The position numbers and the translations under genes were made by a program. DNA of 64,000 nucleotides from Candidatus Poribacteria bacterium (GTDB taxonomy: Bacteria > Poribacteria > WGA-4E > GCA-2687025), in NCBI GenBank assembly GCA_963665845.2, contig OY762492.1:2944001-3008000 (forward strand), given 5' to 3'. How positions within the stretch are numbered: the stretch's first letter is position 1; each line of letters opens with the position of its first letter. This document shows, one piece after another, positions 48,441 through 58,720 of the stretch. The notes below the pieces were generated by a model that ran no database searches, was not told where the DNA came from, and saw only the letters and a list, made by a program, of their open reading frames with translations.

Positions 48441-51062
48441 TTAAACCTCCCCGTCCATCTCTTGCGCATCGTCTCTCGCTTCCTCCTCATTCGACTCTTC
48501 CAAATCCGCTGTTTCGCCGCCGTTGTCGTCCAGATCGCCGCCGCGCTCCAGAACCGCGATGTCCTGAATCCGCTCCTCCTCCTGAAGCGACATGATCCGC
48601 ACCCCCTGCGTGTTGCGCCCGATCGGGCGTATATCGGACGCCGCCATGCGCGTCACCATCCCGCGCGAGCTGATCACAAACAGATCGTCGTCTTGGGACA
48701 CGAGACGCGCACACACCACTTCTCCGTTTCGTTCGCTCGATTTGATTGCAATAATACCGATTCCGCCCCTGCCTTGCAAGCGGTATTCGGAGATTCGGGT
48801 GCGCTTGCCGTACCCGTTCTCGGTGACGACAAGGAGCGTCGGCTCCGCGCCGCCGTTCTCCTCTTCCGCCTCTCCCTCCGCCGCGTCGATCGGCTTTGCG
48901 ACGGCGATGCCGACCGCCTCGTCTCCGTCCCGCAGATTGATGCCGCGCACCCCCTGCGCCGACCTGCCCATGACGCGCACATCCTCCTGCGAAAACCGTA
49001 TCGACATGCCGCTTCTGGTCGCCATGACAATCTCCTCGTCCGGCTCCGTCAGGCGCACATCCATGAGCCTGTCCGCTTCGTTTTTGAGCGTGATGGCGAT
49101 GATGCCGGAGGCGAGCGGCCTTGAAAAATCCTTGACGGCGCACCGCTTCACAATGCCCTTCCGCGTTGCAAAAAACAGGGTGCGCGGGTCATCCTCCGCG
49201 CCGCTGCGGTAGGACGCGAGCAGCGGAACGACCGCGGCGATGTTCTCCTCCGAGCTCAACCGCAGCAGGTTCACCAGCGCGCGCCCTCTCGATTGGCGCG
49301 TCGCTTCCGGTATCTCATAAACGCGCAGCCAGTAGCACCGCCCGCTGTCCGTGAAACAGAGCAGGTATTGATGATTGGAGGCGGTGAAGATCGACTCGAC
49401 AAAGTCGCCGTCCTTCGTTCCCATTCCGCGCACGCCGACTCCGCCGCGCCGCTGGCTTCGGTAGGTTGAAACGGGCAGCCGCTTGATGTAACCGCTTCGC
49501 GTCAACGTGATGACCATCTCCTCGTCGGCGACAAGGTCTTCGACCGACAGGTTGCCGGGGTCAATGGCGATGGCGGTGCGCCGCTTGTCGCCGTAATCTT
49601 CCTTCAACTTTTTCAGCTCCTCCTTGATGATGTTGCGGATGAGCAGGTCGCTTTCAAGAATGGCGCGGTATTCCTCCGCCTTGACGAGCAGGTTGTTGTA
49701 ATCGTCGTTGATTTTCTGCCGCTCAAGCCCGGTGAGACGTTGAAGCGTCAGTACCAAGACGGCGGACGCCTGCCGATTTGTCAGTTCAAACCGCTCCATC
49801 AACACGCCGCGCGCCTCGTCCGGCGAGTTCGCTTCTTGGACAATTTCAATGATTTCGTCGATGTTGGAAAGCGCGATTCGGTAACCTTCCAGCAGATGCA
49901 GCTGCGCCTCCGCCCGCCGAAGCTTGTACGCCGTCCGCCGCCGCACCACCTCCCGCCGATGCTCGATGTAGTAATGCAGCATTTCAGGCAGGTTGAGCCG
50001 ACGCGGCATGCCGTTCACCAAGCAGAGCGACAGAACGCTGAACGTGGTCTGCAGATAGGTGTGCTTGAACAGCTTGTTCAGAACGACCTGCGCCGTCTCC
50101 CCCCGTTTCAGCTCCACGACGACTCGTATCTCTCGATCCGATTCGTCGCGCACATCGGCGATGCCTTCCACCACCTTGTTGTTGGCCGCTTTGGCGATCT
50201 GCTCGATGAGCTGATTTTTTTTGACATCGTAGGGTATCTCGGTGATGACGATGATGTCGCGGTTTTTGCCTTCGCCCGGTTCGATATGCGTACGTCCGCG
50301 GAGCGGAATGGAGCCGCGCCCAGTGGAGTACGCTTGATGAATCCCCTCAACGCCTAGAATGATGCCGCCGGTCGGAAAGTCGGGACCCTTGATGAACTGC
50401 ATCAGATCCTGCAGCGTCGCTTCCGGCCGATCGATGTAGTACACGATGGCGTCGATCACCTCGCTTAAATTCTGGGGCGGAATGCGCGTCATATATCCGA
50501 CGCCGATGCCGGTCGTCCCATTGATGAGCAGGTTCGGCAGCTTGGCGGGCAGAACGGACGGCTCCGTGGTCGACTCCTTATAATTGGGATGAAAATCGAC
50601 CGTGTCCTGGTCAATGTCTAAAAGCAGCTCGTCGGCGATGCGCTCCATGCGCACTTCGGTGTAGCGCATGGCGCCGGGCGGGTCGTTGTCGATGGAGCCG
50701 AAGTTGCCCTGCCCCTCAAGGAGCGGGTAACGCATCGCAAAATCCTGCGCCATGCGCACCAGCGTCTGATAGATCGATCCGTCGCCATGGGGGTGGTAGT
50801 TTTTCATGACCTCGCCGACAACGCCCGCGCATTTGTCGTGGGCGCGGGAGGCGGTCAGATTCTCTTCTCTCATGGCGTAAAGGATGCGTCGGGAGCTGGG
50901 CTTCAACCCGTCTCGGACATCCGGGATCGCGCGGTTCGTGTTGACATTGACCGCGTAAGTGAGATAGGCGTTGCGCAGCTCGTCCTCAATAGACCGCTCA
51001 ACAACATGTCCCCGCAGGTCCGGTTCGGTTTCTATCGCGTCGTCGTTTTCGGGCGGGCGCAT
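48441..51062 (-). CDS. gyrA: DNA gyrase subunit A
   Basis: PDVRDGLKP, YHPHGD, AMRYTE catalytic Tyr, GPDFPTGG, GyrA-box QRRGGVG, CTD blade repeats. Confidence 0.95.
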   Translation of the reverse strand: MRPPENDDAIETEPDLRGHVVERSIEDELRNAYLTYAVNVNTNRAIPDVRDGLKPSSRRILYAMREENLTASRAHDKCAGVVGEVMKNYHPHGDGSIYQTLVRMAQDFAMRYPLLEGQGNFGSIDNDPPGAMRYTEVRMERIADELLLDIDQDTVDFHPNYKESTTEPSVLPAKLPNLLINGTTGIGVGYMTRIPPQNLSEVIDAIVYYIDRPEATLQDLMQFIKGPDFPTGGIILGVEGIHQAYSTGRGSIPLRGRTHIEPGEGKNRDIIVITEIPYDVKKNQLIEQIAKAANNKVVEGIADVRDESDREIRVVVELKRGETAQVVLNKLFKHTYLQTTFSVLSLCLVNGMPRRLNLPEMLHYYIEHRREVVRRRTAYKLRRAEAQLHLLEGYRIALSNIDEIIEIVQEANSPDEARGVLMERFELTNRQASAVLVLTLQRLTGLERQKINDDYNNLLVKAEEYRAILESDLLIRNIIKEELKKLKEDYGDKRRTAIAIDPGNLSVEDLVADEEMVITLTRSGYIKRLPVSTYRSQRRGGVGVRGMGTKDGDFVESIFTASNHQYLLCFTDSGRCYWLRVYEIPEATRQSRGRALVNLLRLSSEENIAAVVPLLASYRSGAEDDPRTLFFATRKGIVKRCAVKDFSRPLASGIIAITLKNEADRLMDVRLTEPDEEIVMATRSGMSIRFSQEDVRVMGRSAQGVRGINLRDGDEAVGIAVAKPIDAAEGEAEEENGGAEPTLLVVTENGYGKRTRISEYRLQGRGGIGIIAIKSSERNGEVVCARLVSQDDDLFVISSRGMVTRMAASDIRPIGRNTQGVRIMSLQEEERIQDIAVLERGGDLDDNGGETADLEESNEEEARDDAQEMDGEV

Positions 51063-51196
51063 CGTCCTGTTTGGCTCCCTGTGGGTTGAATGAGTTGTAT
51101 CGCTCCGTCGGCGTCTCTAATATGATACAATATATGAGCGGAAAGCGCTAAATTGAGCGTTGCGCCGCCGTTGCGCCGACACTTTGGAGATTGTCC

Positions 51197-52510
51197 ATGA
51201 ACGAGCATTTTCCCGACATACCGACCATCCCGTTTGAGGGTCCGCAGAGCGAAAACCCGCTCGCGTTCCGCCATTACAACGCCGAGGAGCAGGTTGAAGG
51301 GCTGGCGATGAAAGACCATTTTCGGTTCGCTGTCGCCTACTGGCACTCCTTCCGCGGAACAGGGCAGGACCCGTTCGGCGCCCCGACCATGCTTCGCCCC
51401 TGGGAAGCGGCTGACGACAGCGTCGACAACGCGAAGCGGCGGGCGGAGGCGGCGTTTGAGTTCATCTCCAAGCTGGGCGCGCCCTTTTACTGTTTCCATG
51501 ACCGCGACATCGCGCCTGAAGGCGAATCGCTCAAAGAAACGAACGCGAACCTGGACGCGGTCGTCGACACGCTGGAGCGGCTGCAGGAGGCGGCGGGAGT
51601 CCGTCTGTTGTGGGGGACGGCGAACCTGTTCTCCAACCCGCGCTTCATGCATGGCGCGGCGACCAGCTGCAATGCGGAGGTTTTTGCGTACGCCGCCGCC
51701 CAGGTCAAAAAAGCGCTGGAAGCGACCCATCGCCTCGGCGGAGAGAACTACGTCTTCTGGGGCGGACGGGAAGGTTACGCGACCCTGCTCAACACCGACA
51801 TGAAACGGGAACTGGACCATCTCGGCGCTTTTTTCCACATGGCGGTCGATTACGCGAAAAAGATCGGCTTCACAGGGCAGTTTCTGATTGAGCCGAAACC
51901 GATGGAGCCGACAAAGCACCAGTACGATTTTGACGCCGCCGCGTGCATTGCCTTTCTGAAAAGCTACGGACTGGACAAGCATTTCAAACTGAACATCGAA
52001 ACGAACCATGCGACGCTGGCTGGACATACGATGGGGCATGAGCTGGAAACGGCGGCGATGCATGGACTCCTCGGCTCCATCGACGCGAATCGAGGCGACA
52101 CGCTGCTGGGCTGGGACACCGATCAGTTCCCGACCGACATCTACCTCACAACGGAGGTCATGCTGATCGTGTTGAAGCATGGCGGGCTGGCGCCGGGCGG
52201 TTTCAATTTTGACGCGAAGGTTCGGCGCGAGAGCTTTGAGCCGCTTGACCTGTTTCACGCGCATATCGGCGCGATGGACGCTTTCGCCCGCGGGCTGAAG
52301 ATCGCCGCGGCGATACGCGCGGACGGAACGCTGAACGATATGCTGACAGCGCGCTACAGCTCCTGGGACAGCGGACTCGGCGCGCAGATCGAATCGGGCG
52401 ATCTCGGCTTTGAGGAGCTGGAGGCGGTCATGCTTGAAAAAGGCGAACCCGCCGCCAACGAATCGGGGCGCCAAGAGCTGTTTGAAAATGTCGTCAATCG
52501 GTTTATCTGA
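51197..52510 (+). CDS. xylA: Xylose isomerase (class II)
   Basis: [38 protein letters not shown]. Confidence 0.97.
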   Translation: MNEHFPDIPTIPFEGPQSENPLAFRHYNAEEQVEGLAMKDHFRFAVAYWHSFRGTGQDPFGAPTMLRPWEAADDSVDNAKRRAEAAFEFISKLGAPFYCFHDRDIAPEGESLKETNANLDAVVDTLERLQEAAGVRLLWGTANLFSNPRFMHGAATSCNAEVFAYAAAQVKKALEATHRLGGENYVFWGGREGYATLLNTDMKRELDHLGAFFHMAVDYAKKIGFTGQFLIEPKPMEPTKHQYDFDAAACIAFLKSYGLDKHFKLNIETNHATLAGHTMGHELETAAMHGLLGSIDANRGDTLLGWDTDQFPTDIYLTTEVMLIVLKHGGLAPGGFNFDAKVRRESFEPLDLFHAHIGAMDAFARGLKIAAAIRADGTLNDMLTARYSSWDSGLGAQIESGDLGFEELEAVMLEKGEPAANESGRQELFENVVNRFI

Positions 52511-52673
52511 CCTCACGTCTTAAGTTGGGACATGTCAGCATGGGAACGCGGACGTCTTCTGCAACGCCTCTAGATTCCCGCTTACGCGGGAATGACGGTT
52601 TGGTCAGCGGCGCCTTTTTCCCATGAATAGAGCGATCGTCAGTTCAAATGTCCCAACTTTCAGCATGAGGTCA
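52508..52673 (-). mobile_element. MITE family A copy (reverse orientation) whose terminal TGA is the xylA stop codon
   Basis: 166 bp; flanks GGTTTATC / AGTTCATC. Confidence 0.8.
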
Positions 52674-52717
52674 AGTTCATCTGACAGCGCCGCATGGAAC
52701 CAACATAGGCGGATCGA

Positions 52718-53599
52718 ATGCGACTAGGCATCCTCTCGCGCGCCGCCGGCGCGTACTCTACCCGCGCCTTGATGCTGGCGGCAAGCCGCGCCGGGCATCA
52801 TACAACCGTCATGGACCCGTGGAAATGCGCGCTTTACATCCGCGCAGGTTCGCCGCGCGTCATGTATGAGGGCAAATCGGTTGATCATCTGGACGCGGTC
52901 ATCGCTCGATTCGGCTCCGCGACGGCGGCATACGGCATTGAGGTACTGCGGCAGTTAGAAACCGCCGGCGCGTTGGCGTTGAACTCCGCGGCGGCGGTTG
53001 AAACGGCGCGGCATAAGTGGCGCAGCCTCCTCGCTTTTGAAAAAGCCGGCCTCCCGATTCCGCCCACCTTCACGGCGGGCGATCCAGAAGTCTTGGAAAA
53101 GTCGGTGAAACGTGTCGGCGGCTACCCGTTCATAGCGAAGCCGTTTCAAGGGACGCAGGGGTCGGGCATCATTCTCTTTGAGACGCCCGTTTCCGCAAAA
53201 TCGACCCTGTCGGCGCTGTGGAGCTTGAGCCGCAACTACATCGCGCAGCAGTTCTATCCGGAGGCGGAGGGGGTCGACATCCGCGCGATGGTGATTGGCG
53301 GAAAGGTGGAGGGGGCGATCCGCCGCGTCGCGCCGAAGGGCGAATTCCGCGCCAATCTGCACTGCGGCGGATCAGGGTATATGACGCGCATTAGCCCCAG
53401 CATGGAGCGGGTCGCCGTCGCCGCGGCGAAAGCGGTCGGACTCGGCTTCGCGGGGGTCGATATGCTGCAGGTCGGACAGAACATCTATGTGCTGGAAGCG
53501 AACCCGTCCCCAGGGCTGGAAGGCATGGAAACGGCAACCGGCATCGACATGGCGGCGCGCGTCATCCGATATGTTGAAACGCTCCTGAAAGGAAAATGA
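52718..53599 (+). CDS. RimK family ATP-grasp ligase
   Basis: ILSR....YST, KP..GTQG.G, DIR.MV.G, FRANLH.GG, GVDML, EANPSPG. Confidence 0.9.
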   Translation: MRLGILSRAAGAYSTRALMLAASRAGHHTTVMDPWKCALYIRAGSPRVMYEGKSVDHLDAVIARFGSATAAYGIEVLRQLETAGALALNSAAAVETARHKWRSLLAFEKAGLPIPPTFTAGDPEVLEKSVKRVGGYPFIAKPFQGTQGSGIILFETPVSAKSTLSALWSLSRNYIAQQFYPEAEGVDIRAMVIGGKVEGAIRRVAPKGEFRANLHCGGSGYMTRISPSMERVAVAAAKAVGLGFAGVDMLQVGQNIYVLEANPSPGLEGMETATGIDMAARVIRYVETLLKGK

Positions 53600-53603
53600 G
53601 CGC

Positions 53604-55043
53604 ATGGCGACTCGCCCGAACATACTTTTTCTGATGACAGATCAGATGCAGGGGCGGACGGTTGAACCTGACCATCCCTGTCTGACGCCGAATTTTGATC
53701 GTCTCGCGGAACGCGGCATGCGTTTCACGCGCGCCTACACGCCCAACGCGGTCTGCTCGCCCGCCCGCGCGAGCCTCATGACGGGGCTGCTGCCGCACAC
53801 GCATGGCGTCCTTGAGGTGACCCACTGCGTCGACGACGACCAGTGCGTTCTGCGGACGGAGCATCCGCACTGGGCGCAGCGGCTTGAAGCGGCGGGCTAT
53901 CGGAACGGGTATTTCGGAAAATGGCATGTGGAGCGGTCGAACGATCTCTCCGCGTTCGGCTGGCAGACCGACTTCGGCAGCCAGAGCGCCGGCTTCCGCG
54001 CCTATAGGTCCAAGGTACAGAAAGCGGCGGGCAAGGAGCGTCTTTCCCTTTCCCGACAAAACAATCTGCCGTCCGGCTACAACAAAACGACGCTCTACGG
54101 CGTGACGAACCTCCCGCCCGAAGCGCGCGGCATGGGCGTTACAACCGACCTGGCGCTGCAGTTTCTCAATAAAGCTGTCCAAGGCTCCGACCCATGGTGT
54201 TGCTTTGCGAGCGTAACGGAGCCGCATGACCCGTTCATCGCCGGCGAGGAGGCGTTTGCGCTGTACGATCTGGACGCGCTGGAGCTGCCGCCGAATGTCC
54301 ATGACGACATGTCGGATCGGCCGGGCGTCTATCGGAAGGCGGCGCGGACCTGGGCGGATATGACCGACCGCGAGAAAAAAGAGGCTGCCGCATGCTACTA
54401 CGCCTCGATAACGGAGATCGACGCGCAATTCGGGCGGCTTCTAAACGCCGTGGAGGAGGCGGGGCAAATGGACAACACGATCGTCGTCCTGACAAGCGAC
54501 CATGGGGAGCTGCTGGGCGCGCATGGGCTGTATTGCAAGAACTTCACCGGGTTTGAGGAGGTGTACCATATCCCGCTGATGATGAGCGGTCCGGGCGTTC
54601 AACGGGGAAGCGTCAGCGCGGCGCGCGTCGGGCTGCATGACCTGGCGCCGACGCTTTTAGAGATGACGGGCGAAGAACCGATCGGCGCGCCCGATTCGCG
54701 TTCCTTCGCCTCCGCCCTGCGCGACCCCGATCAAGCGGGCGATTTTACGCAAGGGTTCGCCGAATACCATGGCGGCAGATACCGAGTGACGCAGCGCGTC
54801 GTCTGGGACGGGTCATGGAAGCTGGTTTGGAACGGGTTCGACTTTGACGAGCTGTACGACCTTGAAACCGATCCGTTTGAGATGAACAACCGCATTGACG
54901 ATCCGTCCTGTCAGGCGCGGGTCGAGTCGCTCATGCGTCATGCATGGCGCGTTGTCAGGGACACGAAGGATCGGGCGCTTTTCAATTCGCATTATCCGAT
55001 ACTGCGCCTCGCCCCCGTCGGACCGAACATCTTGGACGAGTAG
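53604..55043 (+). CDS. Formylglycine-dependent sulfatase
   Basis: PNILFLMTDQ, CSPARASLMTG, GKWH, PHDP, SDHG. Confidence 0.93.
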   Translation: MATRPNILFLMTDQMQGRTVEPDHPCLTPNFDRLAERGMRFTRAYTPNAVCSPARASLMTGLLPHTHGVLEVTHCVDDDQCVLRTEHPHWAQRLEAAGYRNGYFGKWHVERSNDLSAFGWQTDFGSQSAGFRAYRSKVQKAAGKERLSLSRQNNLPSGYNKTTLYGVTNLPPEARGMGVTTDLALQFLNKAVQGSDPWCCFASVTEPHDPFIAGEEAFALYDLDALELPPNVHDDMSDRPGVYRKAARTWADMTDREKKEAAACYYASITEIDAQFGRLLNAVEEAGQMDNTIVVLTSDHGELLGAHGLYCKNFTGFEEVYHIPLMMSGPGVQRGSVSAARVGLHDLAPTLLEMTGEEPIGAPDSRSFASALRDPDQAGDFTQGFAEYHGGRYRVTQRVVWDGSWKLVWNGFDFDELYDLETDPFEMNNRIDDPSCQARVESLMRHAWRVVRDTKDRALFNSHYPILRLAPVGPNILDE

Positions 55044-55059
55044 CGGACGTTCTTTAAAG

Positions 55060-55372
55060 CGGGAATCTTATGGAAAAAGGCTTCGCCAACCAGACCGTCA
55101 TTCCCGCGTAAGCGGGAATCTTAGCCGCGGTGTCGTCTGAACTAGGATTGCCAAGATTGAAAAGATTGCCAAGAAAATTCCCGCGCCGCTCTCTTGGGAA
55201 TCTTAATCATCCTTCAATCTTAGTTCAAAACCAAACGCAACCCGCGTTCACCTCAAACGTCCGGCGGACAATTCGTCATTCCCGCGCAAGCGGGAATGAC
55301 GAATAGCCCAATAACAGCGGTCGGGGCGCGGTTTCTGGACTCCCCCCTTGAAAAGGGGGGCTGGGGGGTTTT
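55060..55372. repeat. Mosaic intergenic repeat cluster
   Basis: Two dRS3-like palindromes, inverted 9-bp-period AAGATT modules, CCCCCCTTGAAAAGGGGGG. Confidence 0.85.
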
Positions 55373-55459
55373 AGTTCCGTGCGCGGAATCACGATTAGCA
55401 TAACTCAAACGGGATTTTCGTCGTCATCGCCTGTAGAGACTGCCCCAGAAATTTTTTCA

Positions 55460-55488
55460 TTGCCATCGCCGCCGTTCTGTTTTACAAT
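55460..55488 (+). promoter_or_regulatory. Putative sigma70 promoter of the larA-minCDE operon
   Basis: TTGCCA-17bp-TACAAT. Confidence 0.5.
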
Positions 55489-55612
55489 AAGGCAAATTAG
55501 CAGGATCGGGCGCGTGTGGGCGGGTCATGTCATTAAATGAAACGCCGCCGCGCCGCTCCAACGTTTGTTATGTGTGGAATCTATCCCATGCGGCAAGACA
55601 GGCGGCGGCAAT

Positions 55613-56896
55613 ATGCAACTTGAAATGCGATACGGACGCGCAGGACGGGCGGTGCGCTTCCCCCAACGTCAAACCTCCGTACTGCGCATGAGGCGCAGCG
55701 AGCCGCTGAAAGACCCCCTCGCGGAACTGGAGCATGCGCTGGCGAACCCCATTGAAGCGCCCCCGCTCGCCGAGACGGCGCGCGGACGCAGCAACGCCTG
55801 CGTCGTCATCTCCGACATCACCCGCCCCGTTCCCAACCGACTCATCCTCCCCCCCATTCTCCGAACCCTCGAAGAAGCGGGCATACCGCGCGACCGAATA
55901 CTCATCCTCATCGCAACGGGAATCCACCGCCCCAACGAGGGCGAGGAGCTGATCGAGCTGGTCGGCGAAGAAATCGCCGCCGCCTACCGCATTGAGAACC
56001 ATGACGGGCTGAACCTGGAAAGCCACCGTCTTATCGGCGAGACGCTGGACAGCGCGCCTGTTCTGATCGATGAGCGGTTTTGCGCCGCCGACCTTAAAAT
56101 CACCACCGCTCTCATTGAGCCGCACCTGATGGCGGGCTATTCAGGCGGGCGCAAGGCGGTCTGCCCTGGCTTGGCGTCGATTGAAACGATGAAGACGCTG
56201 CACGGACCGGAGCTGCTGTCGCATCCGAAGGCGGCGGCGGGGGTACTGGACGGCAACCCGTTTCATGAGGAGGCGCTGCGCATCGCACGTTTGGCGGGAG
56301 TCGATTTTAGCCTGAATACGGCGCTGGACGAGAAGCGCCGTCTCGTCGGCGTCTTTGCGGGTGAGATCGACGCCGCGCACCGCCAAGGATGCGCCTTTGC
56401 CGCGGAGCGCGCCGCCGTTGAAACGGAGCCTGCCGACATTGTTGTAACAACCTCCGCCGGCTACCCGCTGGACCAGACCTTTTATCAGGCAGTGAAAGGG
56501 CCGGCGGGCGCGCTGGAGGCGGTCAAGCCGGGAGGAAGCATCCTGCTCATGGCGGAATGCGGCGAAGGCCTCGGCAGCGAACCGTTCCAACGACTCATCC
56601 TCGGCTCCGAAAGCTTAGAGGCGTTTGAAAAACGGCTGTACCATGGCGGGCATTTCTCCATCGACCAGTGGCAGCTGCAGGAGCTTGCAAAAATATCCCA
56701 GAAAGCGGACATCTACCTGTTCAGCGAGGGCATTCCGTTTGACGAACAGAAGCGGCTGTTCGTCAAGCCGGTTCGAACGCCCGAAGACGGCATCGAAGAG
56801 CTGTTGGAACGGTATGGACGCGGCGCGCGGCTCAACGCCATTCCCGAAGGACCGTATGTCCTTCCCGTCGCAGCCGAAAAGGAGGCAGGCAGATGA
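55613..56896 (+). CDS. larA: Nickel-pincer-dependent lactate racemase LarA family protein
   Basis: SDITRPVP, IATGIHR, EPH.MAGYSGGRK..CPG, GYPLD.TFYQAVK. Confidence 0.88.
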   Translation: MQLEMRYGRAGRAVRFPQRQTSVLRMRRSEPLKDPLAELEHALANPIEAPPLAETARGRSNACVVISDITRPVPNRLILPPILRTLEEAGIPRDRILILIATGIHRPNEGEELIELVGEEIAAAYRIENHDGLNLESHRLIGETLDSAPVLIDERFCAADLKITTALIEPHLMAGYSGGRKAVCPGLASIETMKTLHGPELLSHPKAAAGVLDGNPFHEEALRIARLAGVDFSLNTALDEKRRLVGVFAGEIDAAHRQGCAFAAERAAVETEPADIVVTTSAGYPLDQTFYQAVKGPAGALEAVKPGGSILLMAECGEGLGSEPFQRLILGSESLEAFEKRLYHGGHFSIDQWQLQELAKISQKADIYLFSEGIPFDEQKRLFVKPVRTPEDGIEELLERYGRGARLNAIPEGPYVLPVAAEKEAGR

Positions 56897-57609
56897 ATAA
56901 CCGCAAATCGATTTTGGTGCGCGGATGCACAGGCGGTCTGTTTATCACGGTCGACGACTCCATCGATTCTAAGGAGCTGAACGACCTCGTCATGGAGCGC
57001 ATACGGCGCGTCGGTCCCGAAATCAGAGGCGAATCGATCATTCTGGAGGTGGACAAGCGCGCCATGGACAGCGACGCGCTCCAATCGTTTCAGATGCGGC
57101 TCAACGAAGAATTCGGCATGTCGGTTCAGCAGCTGATCACCAAATCGGACGCGACGCGCGAAGCGGCAAAAGAGCTGCGCATCCGTTCCGCCCCTGTTTT
57201 CACCACGGGGCGCGACCCGCAGGCGGACACGGTGAGCGTCCCGTACACGCTGCGGTCGGGCGAATTCAAACGCAACCCGCGCGGCAATATCCTGATATTA
57301 GGCGATGTGAACCCTGGCGCGGAGGTGTCCGCCTCCGGCGATGTGATCGTCATGGGAACGCTCTGGGGCGTCGCCACCGCGGGGGCGCTCGGCGACGAAA
57401 CGGCGGTCGTCATCTCCTTAAACATGCAGGCGACGCAGCTGCGAATCGCGGGGCATTACGCTTACGCCCGCTCGCCCAAAAACTCGGAGAGAGAGCTGAA
57501 TCCGGAGGTCGCCCTTCTTGAAAACGGAGAAATTGTGGTGCGAAACTTTATCGAATTCAATCTGTTAGAGCGAGAGGTCAAAAAATCATGGGGCGGGTTA
57601 TCGTCGTAA
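56893..57609 (+). CDS. minC: Septum site-determining protein MinC
   Basis: TLRSG, LGDVNPGAEV.A.GDV.V.GTL.G.A.AG, QLRIA. Confidence 0.9.
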   Translation: MNNRKSILVRGCTGGLFITVDDSIDSKELNDLVMERIRRVGPEIRGESIILEVDKRAMDSDALQSFQMRLNEEFGMSVQQLITKSDATREAAKELRIRSAPVFTTGRDPQADTVSVPYTLRSGEFKRNPRGNILILGDVNPGAEVSASGDVIVMGTLWGVATAGALGDETAVVISLNMQATQLRIAGHYAYARSPKNSERELNPEVALLENGEIVVRNFIEFNLLEREVKKSWGGLSS

Positions 57610-58382
57610 CATCTGGAAAGGGCGGGGTCGGAAAAACAACCGTCTCCGCAAATCTAGGTACCGCGCTTGCCATGCTGGAGCAAAGCACGGTCATCGTTGA
57701 CGCCGACATCGGCTTGCGCAACCTAGACCTTGTCATGGGGCTGGAAAACCGCGTCGTCTTCAATTCGCTGCACGTCATGGAAGGCGAATGCAAGCTGGAG
57801 AGCGCCCTTGTCAAAGACAAACGAGTCGAAAACCTGTACCTGTTAGCCGCCCCGCAAAGCCGCAACAAGGACGACGTCGAACCTGAAAACATGGAGAAAA
57901 TGGTCAAGCAGCTCTCCGAAAAGTTCGACTTCGTCATCATCGATTGTCCGGCGGGCATCGAGCAGGGGTTCCAAAACGCGGTCATCGGAGCGAAGGAGGC
58001 GCTGGTCATCGTCACCCCGGAGGTCTCCTCGGTGCGCGACGCCGACAGGGTCATCGGACTGCTCCAGGCGACCGGCATCGAAAGCTTGAGTTATGTTCTG
58101 AACAGGCTGTCGCAGCAGCTTGTCGACAGGGGAGACATGCTGAGCCAGCCGGATGTGCAGGAGATTTTGCGCGTTCCGATCATCGGCGTGATTCCTGAAG
58201 ACCATCACATCACCGCCTCAACAAATGTGGGAAAGCCGCTCGCCATTGAGGGCGGAACGCCCGCCGGGGACGCTTTCGGGCGAATCGCCCGCCGCGTTCT
58301 CGGCGAGAAAGTGCCGGTGCCGGAATTTCGATACGAAGGTAAAATGGCGCGGTTCTGGAAATGGATCTCCGGAAACAACTAG
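57588..58382 (+). CDS. minD: Septum site-determining ATPase MinD
   Basis: TSGKGGVGKTT, DADIGLRNLDLVMGLE, DCPAGIE.GF, PEVSSVRDADR. Confidence 0.97.
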   Translation: MGRVIVVTSGKGGVGKTTVSANLGTALAMLEQSTVIVDADIGLRNLDLVMGLENRVVFNSLHVMEGECKLESALVKDKRVENLYLLAAPQSRNKDDVEPENMEKMVKQLSEKFDFVIIDCPAGIEQGFQNAVIGAKEALVIVTPEVSSVRDADRVIGLLQATGIESLSYVLNRLSQQLVDRGDMLSQPDVQEILRVPIIGVIPEDHHITASTNVGKPLAIEGGTPAGDAFGRIARRVLGEKVPVPEFRYEGKMARFWKWISGNN

Positions 58383-58406
58383 ACGCAACACCAAAGAGAG
58401 AGCAAC

Positions 58407-58691
58407 ATGGGAGCATGGACTGATAATTTTTGGGCGATGCTTGGTCGGAAAAAGAAAAAAAACTCTAACGATGTGGCGCGTGAACGGCTGCTCAGCGTTC
58501 TGCAAATGGACAGAGCGGCTGTCAACCTGCTTTCGATAAACGTCAACTTCGACGCCATGTGCGCCGATTTGGCGGATGTGGTCGCGCGGCATCTACATAT
58601 GACCCCAAAAGACGTTGTGATCGATTACACCAAGGGCGAAAACCGCGTCTTTTTTGAAGCTGGGCTGCGGGAAAGCCGGCGCGGCGAATGA
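58407..58691 (+). CDS. minE: Cell division topological specificity factor MinE
   Basis: ARERLLSVL..DR motif; follows minD. Confidence 0.8.
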   Translation: MGAWTDNFWAMLGRKKKKNSNDVARERLLSVLQMDRAAVNLLSINVNFDAMCADLADVVARHLHMTPKDVVIDYTKGENRVFFEAGLRESRRGE

Positions 58692-58720
58692 ACGTAACGT
58701 GAACCCGCAAGGGGGAGATC

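Noticed and set aside
48441-51062. parC assignment
   Set aside because: The GyrA-box QRRGGVG and full CTD favour gyrA
51032-52516. 494-aa minus-strand ORF
   Set aside because: Antisense shadow of xylA, typical of GC-rich DNA
55380-55612. Possible riboswitch or ncRNA upstream of larA
   Set aside because: No conserved RNA motif recognisable by eye; an Rfam scan would be needed
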